A stretch of DNA of 64,000 nucleotides from Sandaracinaceae bacterium (GTDB taxonomy: Bacteria; Myxococcota_A; Polyangia; Polyangiales; Houyiibacteriaceae), in contig JADJJE010000001.1 of NCBI GenBank assembly GCA_016706685.1, positions 449,575-513,574 of the forward strand, given 5' to 3'. The notes below the pieces were generated by a model, which made no database searches, was not told the origin of the DNA, and worked only from the letters and a program-made list of their open reading frames with translations. Within the stretch, counting starts at the first letter, position 1. Each line of letters starts with the position of its first letter. The position numbers and the translations under genes are program-made. Shown piece by piece: positions 18,478 through 28,269 of the stretch.

Positions 18478-18544
18478 TCCCGCACGGCTGGGGCCGGCCC
18501 GGCCGGCGTGTGGCCAGAGGTGCGACACGCTGCTAGGACGCGGC

Positions 18545-19342
18545 GTGCTCGCGACCCTCGACACCCTGACCGCGCTGGCCCTTGGTCTCATTCAAGGCGT
18601 GACGGAGTTCCTGCCCGTCTCGAGCGACGGTCACATCGCCATCGGCGCACGGGTCTTCGGGCTCGAAGACGCCCCCCTCGCGCTGAGCGTGGCGCTGCAT
18701 GCGGGCACCCTGCTGGCCACGCTCATCGCGTTCCGTGCGGACCTCGCCTCGCTCGCTCGCGAGACCTTCCGACCGCGCGGTGACTTCGCCATGTGGCGCG
18801 CCTCCGAGACCGGCCGGCTGGTCATGGCGGTGGTGGTCGCGACCATCCCCACCGGCATCATCGGCCTGGGTTTGAAGGACCACGTGGAGCACCTCAGCCA
18901 CGATCAGCAGGTGGTCGCGGTGTGCCTGATGGGGTCGGCGGTCATGGTCATGTTGACGAGGCTCGGTCGCGGCGAGGCGCAGCTGCCCACCCTTCCCCAA
19001 GCGTTCTTGATCGGCATCTTCCAAGGCCTCGCGGTGCTCCCCGGGCTCTCGCGCAGTGGCTCCACCATCGCGGTGGCCATGCTGCTGGGGCTGGCCGGCA
19101 CAGCGGCCTTCCGCTTCAGCTTCCTGCTGTCCCTGCCCGCCGTCGCGGGCGCGGTGCTGCTGGAGCTGGGCAACCCGGCCGAGCTCATCGCGCTGGGCTG
19201 GCCTGCGCTCTTGGGGGCGCTCGTGGCCTTCGTGACAGGCTACGCCAGCCTGTTCTTGCTGCGCGGGCTCGTGCACCGGGGCAACCTGTTCCTCTTCGCG
19301 ATCTATCTCGTCCCGGTCTCGATCTGGTTCTTCTTCTGGTAG
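18545..19342 (+). CDS. uppP: Undecaprenyl-diphosphate phosphatase
   Basis: ORF 18545..19342. BacA/UppP signatures GLIQGVTEFLPVSSDGH and PGLSRSGSTI. Polytopic membrane protein. Confidence 0.9.
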   Translation: MLATLDTLTALALGLIQGVTEFLPVSSDGHIAIGARVFGLEDAPLALSVALHAGTLLATLIAFRADLASLARETFRPRGDFAMWRASETGRLVMAVVVATIPTGIIGLGLKDHVEHLSHDQQVVAVCLMGSAVMVMLTRLGRGEAQLPTLPQAFLIGIFQGLAVLPGLSRSGSTIAVAMLLGLAGTAAFRFSFLLSLPAVAGAVLLELGNPAELIALGWPALLGALVAFVTGYASLFLLRGLVHRGNLFLFAIYLVPVSIWFFFW

Positions 19343-19351
19343 GGGTCACGC

Positions 19352-20422
19352 ATGTCTCGCACCGTGTTCGCCGTCATCATGGCCGGGGGCTCCGGCACCC
19401 GCTTCTGGCCTGCCTCGCGCGGGTCGCGTCCGAAGCAGCTGCTGCCGCTGGCGGGCGGTGAGACGTCGCTCATCGCCGAGACGGTGGAGCGCATCGCACC
19501 GCTCGTGCCTGCCGAGCGCGTGTTGGTGGTGACGTCGGCGCTGCTGGCCGAGGCCACCGCCGCCGAGCTGAGCATGCTGCCGCGGGAGAACATCCTGGCC
19601 GAGCCGCTGGGCCGCAACACGGCGCCGTGTGTGGGCTGGGCGGCCGCGCACGTGCGGCGCCGCGACCCGAACGCCATCCTCATGGTGCTGCCGGCCGACC
19701 ACCACATCGGCGACCCGGACACCTACCGCAAGACGCTCGAGACCGCGCTGCGGGCCGCGGACGATGGCGCGCTGGTGACCGTGGGGATCCTGCCCACCCG
19801 CCCCGAGACGGGCTACGGCTACATCGAGCAGGGCGAGAGCCTGGGCGATGGCGTCCGTGCCGTGACCCGCTTCGTCGAGAAGCCCGACCTCGCGCGCGCC
19901 GAGCAGTTCCTCGCGAGCGGCCACTTCGTCTGGAACAGCGGCATGTTCTTCTTTCGCGCCGACGCGGTGCTGGCCGAGTTCGAGCGCCAGCTGCCTGCCA
20001 TCGCGGCGCGGATCACGGAGTACGACGCCGCCGCGCGGGAGGGCCGCGAAGCCGAGGTGGTGGGCGCCACGTATGCGTCGCTCGAGAGCGTGAGCTTCGA
20101 CCACGGCATCATGGAGCACGCCGAGCGCATCGCCGTGGTCGCGGGAAGCTTCGGCTGGAGCGACCTCGGCAGCTGGACCACCGCTTACGAGCTGGCAGCG
20201 AAAGACGCCGCCGAGAACGCCCTGCGGGCGGATGGCGTGCTGGTGGACAGCTCGGGCTGCTACGTGAGCGCGCCGGCGGGCAAGCTGGTGGCGCTAGTGG
20301 GGCTCCACGACCTCGTGGTGGTGGACACCGGAGACGCGCTCCTGATCATGCCGCGCGAGCGCGCGCAGGATGTTCGCTCGGTGGTGGACGCGCTCAAGTC
20401 GCGACGGGATCCACGGGTATAG
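19352..20422 (+). CDS. manC: Mannose-1-phosphate guanylyltransferase
   Basis: ORF 19352..20422. Nucleotidyltransferase motif VIMAGGSGTRFWPASR..PKQLLPL, plus GYGYIE and FVEKP motifs. Confidence 0.85.
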   Translation: MSRTVFAVIMAGGSGTRFWPASRGSRPKQLLPLAGGETSLIAETVERIAPLVPAERVLVVTSALLAEATAAELSMLPRENILAEPLGRNTAPCVGWAAAHVRRRDPNAILMVLPADHHIGDPDTYRKTLETALRAADDGALVTVGILPTRPETGYGYIEQGESLGDGVRAVTRFVEKPDLARAEQFLASGHFVWNSGMFFFRADAVLAEFERQLPAIAARITEYDAAAREGREAEVVGATYASLESVSFDHGIMEHAERIAVVAGSFGWSDLGSWTTAYELAAKDAAENALRADGVLVDSSGCYVSAPAGKLVALVGLHDLVVVDTGDALLIMPRERAQDVRSVVDALKSRRDPRV

Positions 20423-21410
20423 GCTCCGCAGCGGGCGAAGCGTCGGCGCGCCTCTGAGCGAGACGTGCGCGCTGGTGGTCGCGCAGCTTCAAGAACGAGA
20501 TGCTGGCCAGCACCAGCAGCGCGCCGCCGATCTGGACGGGGACGAGCCGCTCGCCCAACAGGAAGTAGGCGGCCACCACCGTCAGCGGCGGGCCCACGAG
20601 CGTGAGCAAGCTGGCTGGACCGGCGCCCGCACGCTCGATGCCGCGCGCCAACAACAGGAAGGGCAGCACGGTGCAGGCCACCACCAGGAGCGTGAGCCAG
20701 GCCAGCCCGCGCGGGTTCCACACGAGATCCTCGGGGCGCAGCACGAACGGCAGGGCCAGCAAGAGCGCCAGCGCCGTGCCGATGTTGGAGTACGCGGTGA
20801 AGGCCACCGAGCCCATGGCGCGCATGCTGCGCTGGCTGGCCGTCAGGAACATGGCGTAGGTCACCGACCCGCCCAACGCGAAGAGCACGCCGCTCAGGTC
20901 GCGCCCGCGCAGGGCAGCGAGGCCATCGGGAGCCGCCACCCCCACGAGGCCGAGCCAAGCCAGCGCGAAGGTGAGGACCTCGAGCCCGCGTGGCAGCGCG
21001 CGCAGGCGGATGGCCTCGATGATGATCACCACGCCCGGGAACGAGAACAGGATGACGCGCGAGGGCCCCGCGCCGATGCGGTCGATGGCCGAGAAGTCGC
21101 ACGCCGCCGCCATGAGGAAGAAGGCGCCCACGCCCATGGCTTCGAGGCGGGTGCGGACGCTGACCGGCGGCTGCGGGACGCGGCGGGCCATGACGGCGCC
21201 CACGCCCAGGTAGAGGGGTGTGGCCAGCAACACACGGAGGCTGACGACCGCCACGACCGTGAGACCCGTATCGAGCGCCACGCGGGCGATGATGCCCTTG
21301 AACGCGAAGAGCACCGTGGCCGCCAACACGAACGCGGCGCCAGAGGCGGGGCGTGGTGTCGCGGAGAGGGTCATGAGCGAAACCTGGGGCGTCATGGGTC
21401 CTCCGTCCAA
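20394..21410 (-). CDS. EamA/DMT-family transporter
   Basis: ORF 20394..21410. About 10 TM helices arranged as two EamA-like halves. The start codon is uncertain because there are several in-frame Met near the N-terminus. Confidence 0.75.
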   Translation of the reverse strand: MDGGPMTPQVSLMTLSATPRPASGAAFVLAATVLFAFKGIIARVALDTGLTVVAVVSLRVLLATPLYLGVGAVMARRVPQPPVSVRTRLEAMGVGAFFLMAAACDFSAIDRIGAGPSRVILFSFPGVVIIIEAIRLRALPRGLEVLTFALAWLGLVGVAAPDGLAALRGRDLSGVLFALGGSVTYAMFLTASQRSMRAMGSVAFTAYSNIGTALALLLALPFVLRPEDLVWNPRGLAWLTLLVVACTVLPFLLLARGIERAGAGPASLLTLVGPPLTVVAAYFLLGERLVPVQIGGALLVLASISFLKLRDHQRARLAQRRADASPAAEPIPVDPVAT

Positions 21411-21433
21411 CGAAAATCCGGTAGCCTCGGGGG

Positions 21434-21796
21434 ATGCCGACCCTCATCGTTGCTCCCACCCGTGTCGAAGCCGCCGGCAACAAGCCCAAGCTGATCGACG
21501 AGTACATCGGACGCGTCAACTCGGGACACGAAGCGCTCAGCGTGGCGCACATGCGCTCGCCCGGCGGCTGGGTGGAGCCCGGACAGACCCCCGAGTTCGA
21601 TGAGTACACGCTGGTGCTGCGCGGCCAGCTCAAGGTGGAGCACGCCGACGGAGAGCTGCTGGTGAGCGCTGGCCAGGCGGTGGTCACGCACCGCGGTGAG
21701 TGGGTGCGCTACAGCACCCCCGGCGACGATGGCGCCGAGTACGTGGCCATCTGCCTGCCGGCGTTCTCCATGGACACGGTCAAGAGGGATGAGTGA
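21434..21796 (+). CDS. Cupin-domain protein
   Basis: ORF 21434..21796, 120 aa. Beta-rich cupin-like pattern (GWVEPGQTPEFDEYTLVLRGQLKVEHADGELLVSAGQAVV...GEWVRYS). Confidence 0.65.
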   Translation: MPTLIVAPTRVEAAGNKPKLIDEYIGRVNSGHEALSVAHMRSPGGWVEPGQTPEFDEYTLVLRGQLKVEHADGELLVSAGQAVVTHRGEWVRYSTPGDDGAEYVAICLPAFSMDTVKRDE

Positions 21797-23315
21797 CGCA
21801 CAGGCCACGGGCACCACGCAGCCGAGTGCCGCGCGGTGGCGGCGCCGTGTGACCCTCGGGCTGCTGGCGCTGCTCGCGGTGGGGCTGTTGCTGCTGATCC
21901 CCGACCCCAGCCCCCTGCCGCCCACGCCCGCGCCCGGCGAGGTGTTCGCGTGGAACCAAGACGAGGTCTGGGAGGCGCTCGAGGCTCGCTCGCTGGCCGT
22001 GCGCGCCATGCCGGTGCCGGAGGCCGAGGGGCACGTGAGCGAGGCGCTGGGGGCGCTGGTCGCGGCGCTCGCCGAGCTGCAGACGCTGTCGCTGACGACA
22101 CACCCAGTCCTCGGCGCGGCCGAGCAGGCCCTGCTGCTGCGGGTGGAGGGGGCGTTCTTCGAGGCCGCCGCCACGCTCGCCGCCCGACCGGCGCGCGCGG
22201 CCGAGCTGGTGTCGCTGCAGAGCCAGCTGCGCCAGCACATGAAGCAGCTGTCGCGCGCACTCCCGCCGAGCGACCCGGTGGCACGTCGGGCCCTCTACCG
22301 CACGCTCTATGGCAGCCGCGCCGCGCTCGAAGAGGTGCTGCTTCAGATGCCCGCAGACACGATGCCGGCACTCAGCGAGGGCGTGGCGGAGACGTCGGCG
22401 GCCCCGAGCGCCACCCTGCGTGGCGTGACCGTGCACAGCGGCGACATCCTGGTGTCGCGTGGCGGCGCGCCCACGTCGGCGCTCATCGCGCGCGGCAACG
22501 ACTACCCGGGCAACTTCTCGCACGTGGCGTTGCTGCACATTGCCCCCTCGGGCGAGGTGGAGACCATCGAGGCGCACATCGAGCGCGGCGTGGTGGTGGC
22601 CGGCATCGAGCGCTACCTGAGCGACCACAAGCTGCGGGTGATGTTGTTGCGTCCGCGCGCGGACCATGAAGCGCTGCGCGCACGCCCAGACCTGGCTCAC
22701 GCTGCGGCCGTGCGCGCTCGTGAGGCCACGCTCGCGCGCCACATCCCGTACGACTTCGAGGGCAATCGGCGCGACCCGAGCCAGCAGTTCTGCTCCGAGG
22801 TGGTGTCCGCCGCCTATGGTGCGGAGGGCCTCTCGCTCTGGGAGGGGCTCACCACCACCAGCGATCCGGACACCGCGCGCTGGCTCGGCGCCTTCGGCGT
22901 CCGTGAGTTCGTGACGCACGGTCCGAGCGACCTCGAGTACGACCCCAAGCTGACGGTGGTGGCCGAGTGGCGCGACCCCGAGGCGCTCTTCGCCGACCAC
23001 GTGGACGCGGCGGTGATCGATGCCCTGCTGGAGGGTGCACGCCGCGGCGACAGCGTGGTGCACGACTGGCGCATGCTGCCTATGGCGCGCGTGATGAAGG
23101 GCTACAGCGCGCTGCTGAACCTTTTCGGTCGCGTGGGCCCCGTGCCCGAGGGCATGACGGCCACCGTGGCGCTGCGCGTGCGGGCCCTGCACGAGTTGCA
23201 CGCGGGCATCCGGCAGCGCGTGGAGACCACGGCCAGCGCGTTCGAGCGCGAACACGGCTACCGCGCGCCGTACTGGGAGCTGGTGCGGCTCGCGCGCGAA
23301 GCACGGGGTGACTAG
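21789..23315 (+). CDS. Membrane-anchored YiiX-like permuted papain-fold (NlpC/P60 superfamily) protein
   Basis: ORF 21696..23315 trimmed to the ATG at 21789, which overlaps the cupin stop. TM anchor VTLGLLALLAVGLLLLI followed by a helical region. YiiX-type motifs then follow: GDILVSRGGAPTSALI...GNFSHVALLHI...IEAHIERGVV...YDFEGN...QFCSEVVSAAY. Confidence 0.6.
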   Translation: MSDAQATGTTQPSAARWRRRVTLGLLALLAVGLLLLIPDPSPLPPTPAPGEVFAWNQDEVWEALEARSLAVRAMPVPEAEGHVSEALGALVAALAELQTLSLTTHPVLGAAEQALLLRVEGAFFEAAATLAARPARAAELVSLQSQLRQHMKQLSRALPPSDPVARRALYRTLYGSRAALEEVLLQMPADTMPALSEGVAETSAAPSATLRGVTVHSGDILVSRGGAPTSALIARGNDYPGNFSHVALLHIAPSGEVETIEAHIERGVVVAGIERYLSDHKLRVMLLRPRADHEALRARPDLAHAAAVRAREATLARHIPYDFEGNRRDPSQQFCSEVVSAAYGAEGLSLWEGLTTTSDPDTARWLGAFGVREFVTHGPSDLEYDPKLTVVAEWRDPEALFADHVDAAVIDALLEGARRGDSVVHDWRMLPMARVMKGYSALLNLFGRVGPVPEGMTATVALRVRALHELHAGIRQRVETTASAFEREHGYRAPYWELVRLAREARGD

Positions 23316-23385
23316 CACCTCGTCGCAGAGATCATGACGCGTTGGAGATGGGGCCGACCTGCCTTGCTGCAAGGTGCGATGGGCA

Positions 23386-23405
23386 CCCACCGCTGAAGCG
23401 GTGGG
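23386..23405. terminator. Hairpin between convergent genes (8-bp stem, GNRA-like loop)
   Basis: CCCACCGC-TGAA-GCGGTGGG read directly. A second hairpin GTCCCC-N8-GGGGAC lies about 40 nt downstream. No clear U tract. Confidence 0.3.
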
Positions 23406-23478
23406 CAGCAACCCAAGTGATCGCACTTCCTAGAGTCCCCCGCCTAGCAGGGGACTACGTGCCAGCGGTGACCGTGGA

Positions 23479-24837
23479 TCAACCGGCGGCGCGGATCGCC
23501 GTGACCGCGTCCTCCACCTCGCGGCGGATCTCGGTGAGCCGCGCCTCCGACTGCGCCTCGAAGCGCATCACGAGCACGGGCTGCGTGTTGGACGCACGCA
23601 CCAGGCCCCAGCCTCCGTCGAACAGGATGCGGGCGCCATCCACCTCCACTACCTGGTTGGTGGCGCGGAACCGCTCGAGCACCTTGGTGACCACCCCGAA
23701 CTTCTCGCCGTCCGGGCAGTCCACGCGCAGCTCGGGGGTGGAGAACGTGACCGGCACATCGGCCAGCAGCTCGTGCAGTGGGCGGTCGCTGGCGGCCACG
23801 ATCTCGAGCAGGCGCAAGGCCGCGTACACCGCGTCGTCGAAGCCGAAGAAGCGGTCCGCGAAGAACACGTGGCCGCTCATCTCGCCGGCCAGCAGCGCGC
23901 CCTCCTCTTTCATCTTCGCCTTGATCAGCGAGTGCCCCGTCTTCCAGAGGATGGGCCGCCCGCCATGCTGCGCGATGTCGTCATAGAGCGTCTGCGAGCA
24001 CTTCACCTCACCCAGCACGGCGGCGCCGGGGTGGTCCAGCAGCAGCGCACGCGAGAGCACGATCAAGAGCTTGTCGCCCCAGATGATGTCGCCACGCGCG
24101 TCGATGACGCCGATGCGGTCTGCGTCGCCGTCGAAGGCGATGCCCAGCTCGAGGCCCTGCGACAGCACCGTGTCGCGCAGCAGCTCGAGCGTGTGGGGGT
24201 CGCTCGGGTCCGGGTGGTGCACGGGGAAGTTCCCGTCCATGTCACACAGGAGCGCCACCGGCGACAGCCCCGCCGCCTGCATGGCGGCCAACGCCTGGGG
24301 CCCGCCGGCGCCATTGCCCGCGTCGATGGCGAAGCGGATGTCCTTGCGCGCCACGTTCACGTTGCCGCGGATGAAGCCGGCGTACGCGCTCATGAGGTCG
24401 AGCGACGTCACGGTCCCGTCGAGGGTGAGGTCGAAGTCGCGCCGCTCGATCATCGAGCGCAGCTCGAGGATGTCGGGCCCGTAGAGCGACGCCTTGCCCT
24501 TCATCATCTTGAAGCCGTTGTCGCCGGGCGGGTTGTGGCTGCCCGTGATCTGCACGCCGCCCTCGAGGTCCAAGTGGAAGACCGCGAAGTACATCATGGG
24601 CGTGGCGCCGATGCCGATGTCGGTGACCTGCATGCCCGCCTCGAGCAGACCGCCGAGCAGCTCGCGGTGGAGCCGCGGCGAGCTCAAGCGACAGTCCTGG
24701 CCGAGCGCGATGCGACGCCGGCCGGCGCGCTTCTGGAAGGTGCCGAGCGCGCGGCCCAGGTCACGGGCCAGGTCGTCGGTGAGGTCGCGGTCGGCCACGC
24801 CTCGGATGTCGTATTCGCGAAAGATGTGCGGATTCAT
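23479..24837 (-). CDS. Phosphomannomutase/phosphoglucomutase
   Basis: ORF 23479..24837. Active-site loop TGSHNPPGDNGFK, metal loop FDGDADR, and GEMSGH. Confidence 0.9.
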   Translation of the reverse strand: MNPHIFREYDIRGVADRDLTDDLARDLGRALGTFQKRAGRRRIALGQDCRLSSPRLHRELLGGLLEAGMQVTDIGIGATPMMYFAVFHLDLEGGVQITGSHNPPGDNGFKMMKGKASLYGPDILELRSMIERRDFDLTLDGTVTSLDLMSAYAGFIRGNVNVARKDIRFAIDAGNGAGGPQALAAMQAAGLSPVALLCDMDGNFPVHHPDPSDPHTLELLRDTVLSQGLELGIAFDGDADRIGVIDARGDIIWGDKLLIVLSRALLLDHPGAAVLGEVKCSQTLYDDIAQHGGRPILWKTGHSLIKAKMKEEGALLAGEMSGHVFFADRFFGFDDAVYAALRLLEIVAASDRPLHELLADVPVTFSTPELRVDCPDGEKFGVVTKVLERFRATNQVVEVDGARILFDGGWGLVRASNTQPVLVMRFEAQSEARLTEIRREVEDAVTAIRAAG

Positions 24838-24903
24838 GATCGAAGCTCGGGCAGAGGACGCCCTAGAGGAGAGGGCGCGCGGAGGATACCAGCGGAAAGG
24901 AGG

Positions 24904-25706
24904 CTACGCCTGCGACGAGAACCACAGATAGACACCCGCGCCGACGGCCAACACGATGACCAGCAGGAGCGCGAGGCGACCGCGCGACGCTCCCTGAGCG
25001 CGCCCTTCGATGACTCCGTCGAGATCCGGATCGCGTGGCAAACCGAGTGGCGCGGGCGCCGGACCCGGACCCGCGAGCGCGGCGCTGGCCGTGGGTTCCC
25101 TCATGCGCTCTGGGATGACGGCCGGTGGCGCTGGTGCGGGGGGCTCCGAAGGCGCCGCCCGAGCCTCTGGCTCGCTGTCCGCAGGGGGCGCCTCGTACCC
25201 CAGCAGAGCGTCGAGGTCCGCGTCGGCGGCCACGGCATCCTCGGGACCAGTGCCCGCGCCATCTCCCGGCCGGGTGCCCGCCCTGGGACGTGTCAGCTCA
25301 CGCAGCTGGCGAGCCAGCACGCGCCTCGCCGCCGCGCGGTTCAAGGGCACGAGCGCCGCCTCGAGCTCGTCACGGTAGCCCGCGAGACCCAGCTTGCGGG
25401 CCTGCGGCACGTCCACCAGGTGCATCAGCATGCCGGGCACCTCCTGGCCGGCCACCACCAGCACGGCCGCCAGCAACTCGGCCAGGGCGGCAGCCGCCTC
25501 GGCGCCATCTGCGGGGCGGCCCTGCGCGACGCGCGTCGCCCCCTCGGGCGACACCCACACGTCTCCAGCGCGTACCGCGCGCGGCTGGGCCAGCACGGCC
25601 TCGCACGCCTCGAACACCACGAACGCGCCGATCTCGTAGGCCAGGCGCACGTCGCGCTCCCGGCACAGATCGATGACGCGCGCGACGCTGATCTCACCCG
25701 GCTCGT

Positions 25707-25710
<4 letters not shown>
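24904..25710 (-). CDS. Hypothetical C-terminally TM-anchored protein with a Pro/Ala-rich linker
   Basis: ORF 24904..25710. The GTG start overlaps the hisF stop (GTGA at 25707-25710). C-terminal helix [19 protein letters not shown]. No family recognised. Confidence 0.55.
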
Positions 25711-26495
<785 letters not shown>

Positions 26496-26507
26496 GGTGG
26501 TGGCTCT

Positions 26508-27131
26508 CTACTGCGCCAGGAAGCGCTGAATCAAACGGGCACCGGCGTGGTGGCTCTTCTCGGGGTGGAACTGACACGCGAACACGTTGTCGCGCGCCAC
26601 GGCGGCACAGAAGCGCACGCCGTAGTCGCTGGTGGCGGCCACCAACGACGGGTCGCTGGGCACCACGTAGTAGCTGTGCACGAAGTAGTACCAGCCGGCG
26701 TCCTCCAGCATGGGGTGCGCGGTGTCCACTTGGTTCCAGCCCATGTGCGGCACCTTCAGGCGGTCGCCCGTGGCGGTGTCGTGCATCTCGGGCGCGAAGC
26801 GCACCACGCGGCCTGGAAAGACGCCGAGGCCCTGCCCCTCCGACTCTTCGCTGGTCTCGAACAGCGCCTGCATGCCCAGACAGATGCCGAGGTACGGCCG
26901 GCCACTTGCGATGAAGTCGCGCAGCGCGGGGCCAACGTCGGTGGCCAGCATCTCGGCGCACTCGCGGAAGGCGCCCTGACCGGGGAAGACCAGCCGCTCG
27001 GCGCGCCGCAGCTCATCGGGATCACGCGTGATGTGCGCCGCCACGCCCGCGCGCGTGAACGCCTGCGCCACGCTGTGGAGGTTGCCCAGGCCGAGGTCGG
27101 CGATGGTGACCGGTTTCGTCGCGCTGGCCAT
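26508..27131 (-). CDS. hisH: Imidazole glycerol phosphate synthase, glutaminase subunit
   Basis: ORF 26508..27419 trimmed to MASATKPVTIADLGLGNLHSV (ATG at 27131, 1-nt overlap with the hisB stop). Catalytic GICLGMQ, plus HSYY and QFHPEKS. Confidence 0.9.
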   Translation of the reverse strand: MASATKPVTIADLGLGNLHSVAQAFTRAGVAAHITRDPDELRRAERLVFPGQGAFRECAEMLATDVGPALRDFIASGRPYLGICLGMQALFETSEESEGQGLGVFPGRVVRFAPEMHDTATGDRLKVPHMGWNQVDTAHPMLEDAGWYYFVHSYYVVPSDPSLVAATSDYGVRFCAAVARDNVFACQFHPEKSHHAGARLIQRFLAQ

Positions 27132-27724
27132 CACTCGGTGAGCGTGCCCTTGGTGCTGGGGACGCCGGACTGCCGCGGGTCGATCTCGGTGGCCTCGCGG
27201 AGCGCCTTGGCGAACGCCTTGAAGCCGATCTCGATGATGTGGTGCAGGTTCTCGCCCTCGTGCAGCCGCATGTGCAGGTTGCACTGCGCGCCGCGCACGA
27301 AGCCCTCGAAGAAGACCTCGGCCAGCTCCGTGTCGAAGCCACCGAGTGACGCCTTGGGCATGGGCACGCGCCACACGAAGTACGGCCGCCCCGACAGGTC
27401 GAGCGCGCAGGTCATGCACGCCTCGTCCATGGGCAGCGTGGCCGAGCCATAGCGGCGGATGCCGCGCTTGTCGCCCAGCGCCTCGGCCACGGCCTTGCCC
27501 AGCGTGATGGCCAGGTCTTCGGTGGTGTGGTGCCCGTCGATGTGGATGTCGCCCTTGGCCACCACGTCCAGGTCGAAGAGCCCGTGGCGGGCGATCTGCT
27601 CCACCATGTGCGTGAGGAAGCCGATGGGCGTCTCGACGCGGGCCTGGCCGGTGCCGTCCAGGTTGACGGCCACGCGGATGTCGGTCTCGCTGGTCTTGCG
27701 ATGCAGGTCGGCTCGTCGGGTCAT
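27131..27724 (-). CDS. hisB: Imidazoleglycerol-phosphate dehydratase
   Basis: ORF 27131..27787, probably starting at MTRRADLHRKTSETDIRV (27724). IGPD motifs IGFLTHM, IDGHHTTED and GENLHHIIE. Confidence 0.9.
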   Translation of the reverse strand: MTRRADLHRKTSETDIRVAVNLDGTGQARVETPIGFLTHMVEQIARHGLFDLDVVAKGDIHIDGHHTTEDLAITLGKAVAEALGDKRGIRRYGSATLPMDEACMTCALDLSGRPYFVWRVPMPKASLGGFDTELAEVFFEGFVRGAQCNLHMRLHEGENLHHIIEIGFKAFAKALREATEIDPRQSGVPSTKGTLTE

Positions 27725-27792
27725 GACGGCCGGACCATAGCCCGAAACCCGCTCCCCCGCAGGTAAACGGCGGCCCGCTCGGGCCACACCGG

Positions 27793-28269
27793 CTAGCGGG
27801 TGAGCTGGGCCACCACGAAGGCCATGCGCTCGGTCAGCAGCGGGTGGTCCGGGTCATGCCCCAAGGCGATCTGCAGGTTGAGCTTGGCCTGGCCCCACTG
27901 CGCATCGCGGATGGCCGTCTGGGCCTTGGCCCAGAAGGGGCGCGCCTTGAGGTTCACGTTGCGCTTGGCAGCCCGCTCCTTCGCGCCGCCGTCGTCGGGC
28001 GCGGCGGCCGTCTGACGCAGCTTGCCCTCGGCCAGCCCGGCGTCGTAGGCGGCACGCCCGCTGGCGTTGGACAGCACCCGGTAGGCCTCACCCCCACGCC
28101 GGTAGATCTGGTTCACGCGCGCCTTGTCCTCCGGGCTGGCCATCGTGTAGCCGTCCGGGTGGTAGCGCAGGGCAAACTGGTGGAACGCGGCGCGGATGGC
28201 GTCGGCCGTGGCGTTCGGGGCCACCTGCAGCAGGGTGTAGTAGTCCAGCTGGTCGAGGGGATCGCTCAT
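27793..28269 (-). CDS. J-domain protein with a short TPR-like C-terminal region
   Basis: ORF 27793..28269. J domain DYYTLLQVAPNATADAIRAAFHQFALRYHPDG...AYRVLSN...AYD with HPD present. The ATG overlaps the Hsp70 stop (ATGA at 28266-28269). Confidence 0.8.
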   Translation of the reverse strand: MSDPLDQLDYYTLLQVAPNATADAIRAAFHQFALRYHPDGYTMASPEDKARVNQIYRRGGEAYRVLSNASGRAAYDAGLAEGKLRQTAAAPDDGGAKERAAKRNVNLKARPFWAKAQTAIRDAQWGQAKLNLQIALGHDPDHPLLTERMAFVVAQLTR

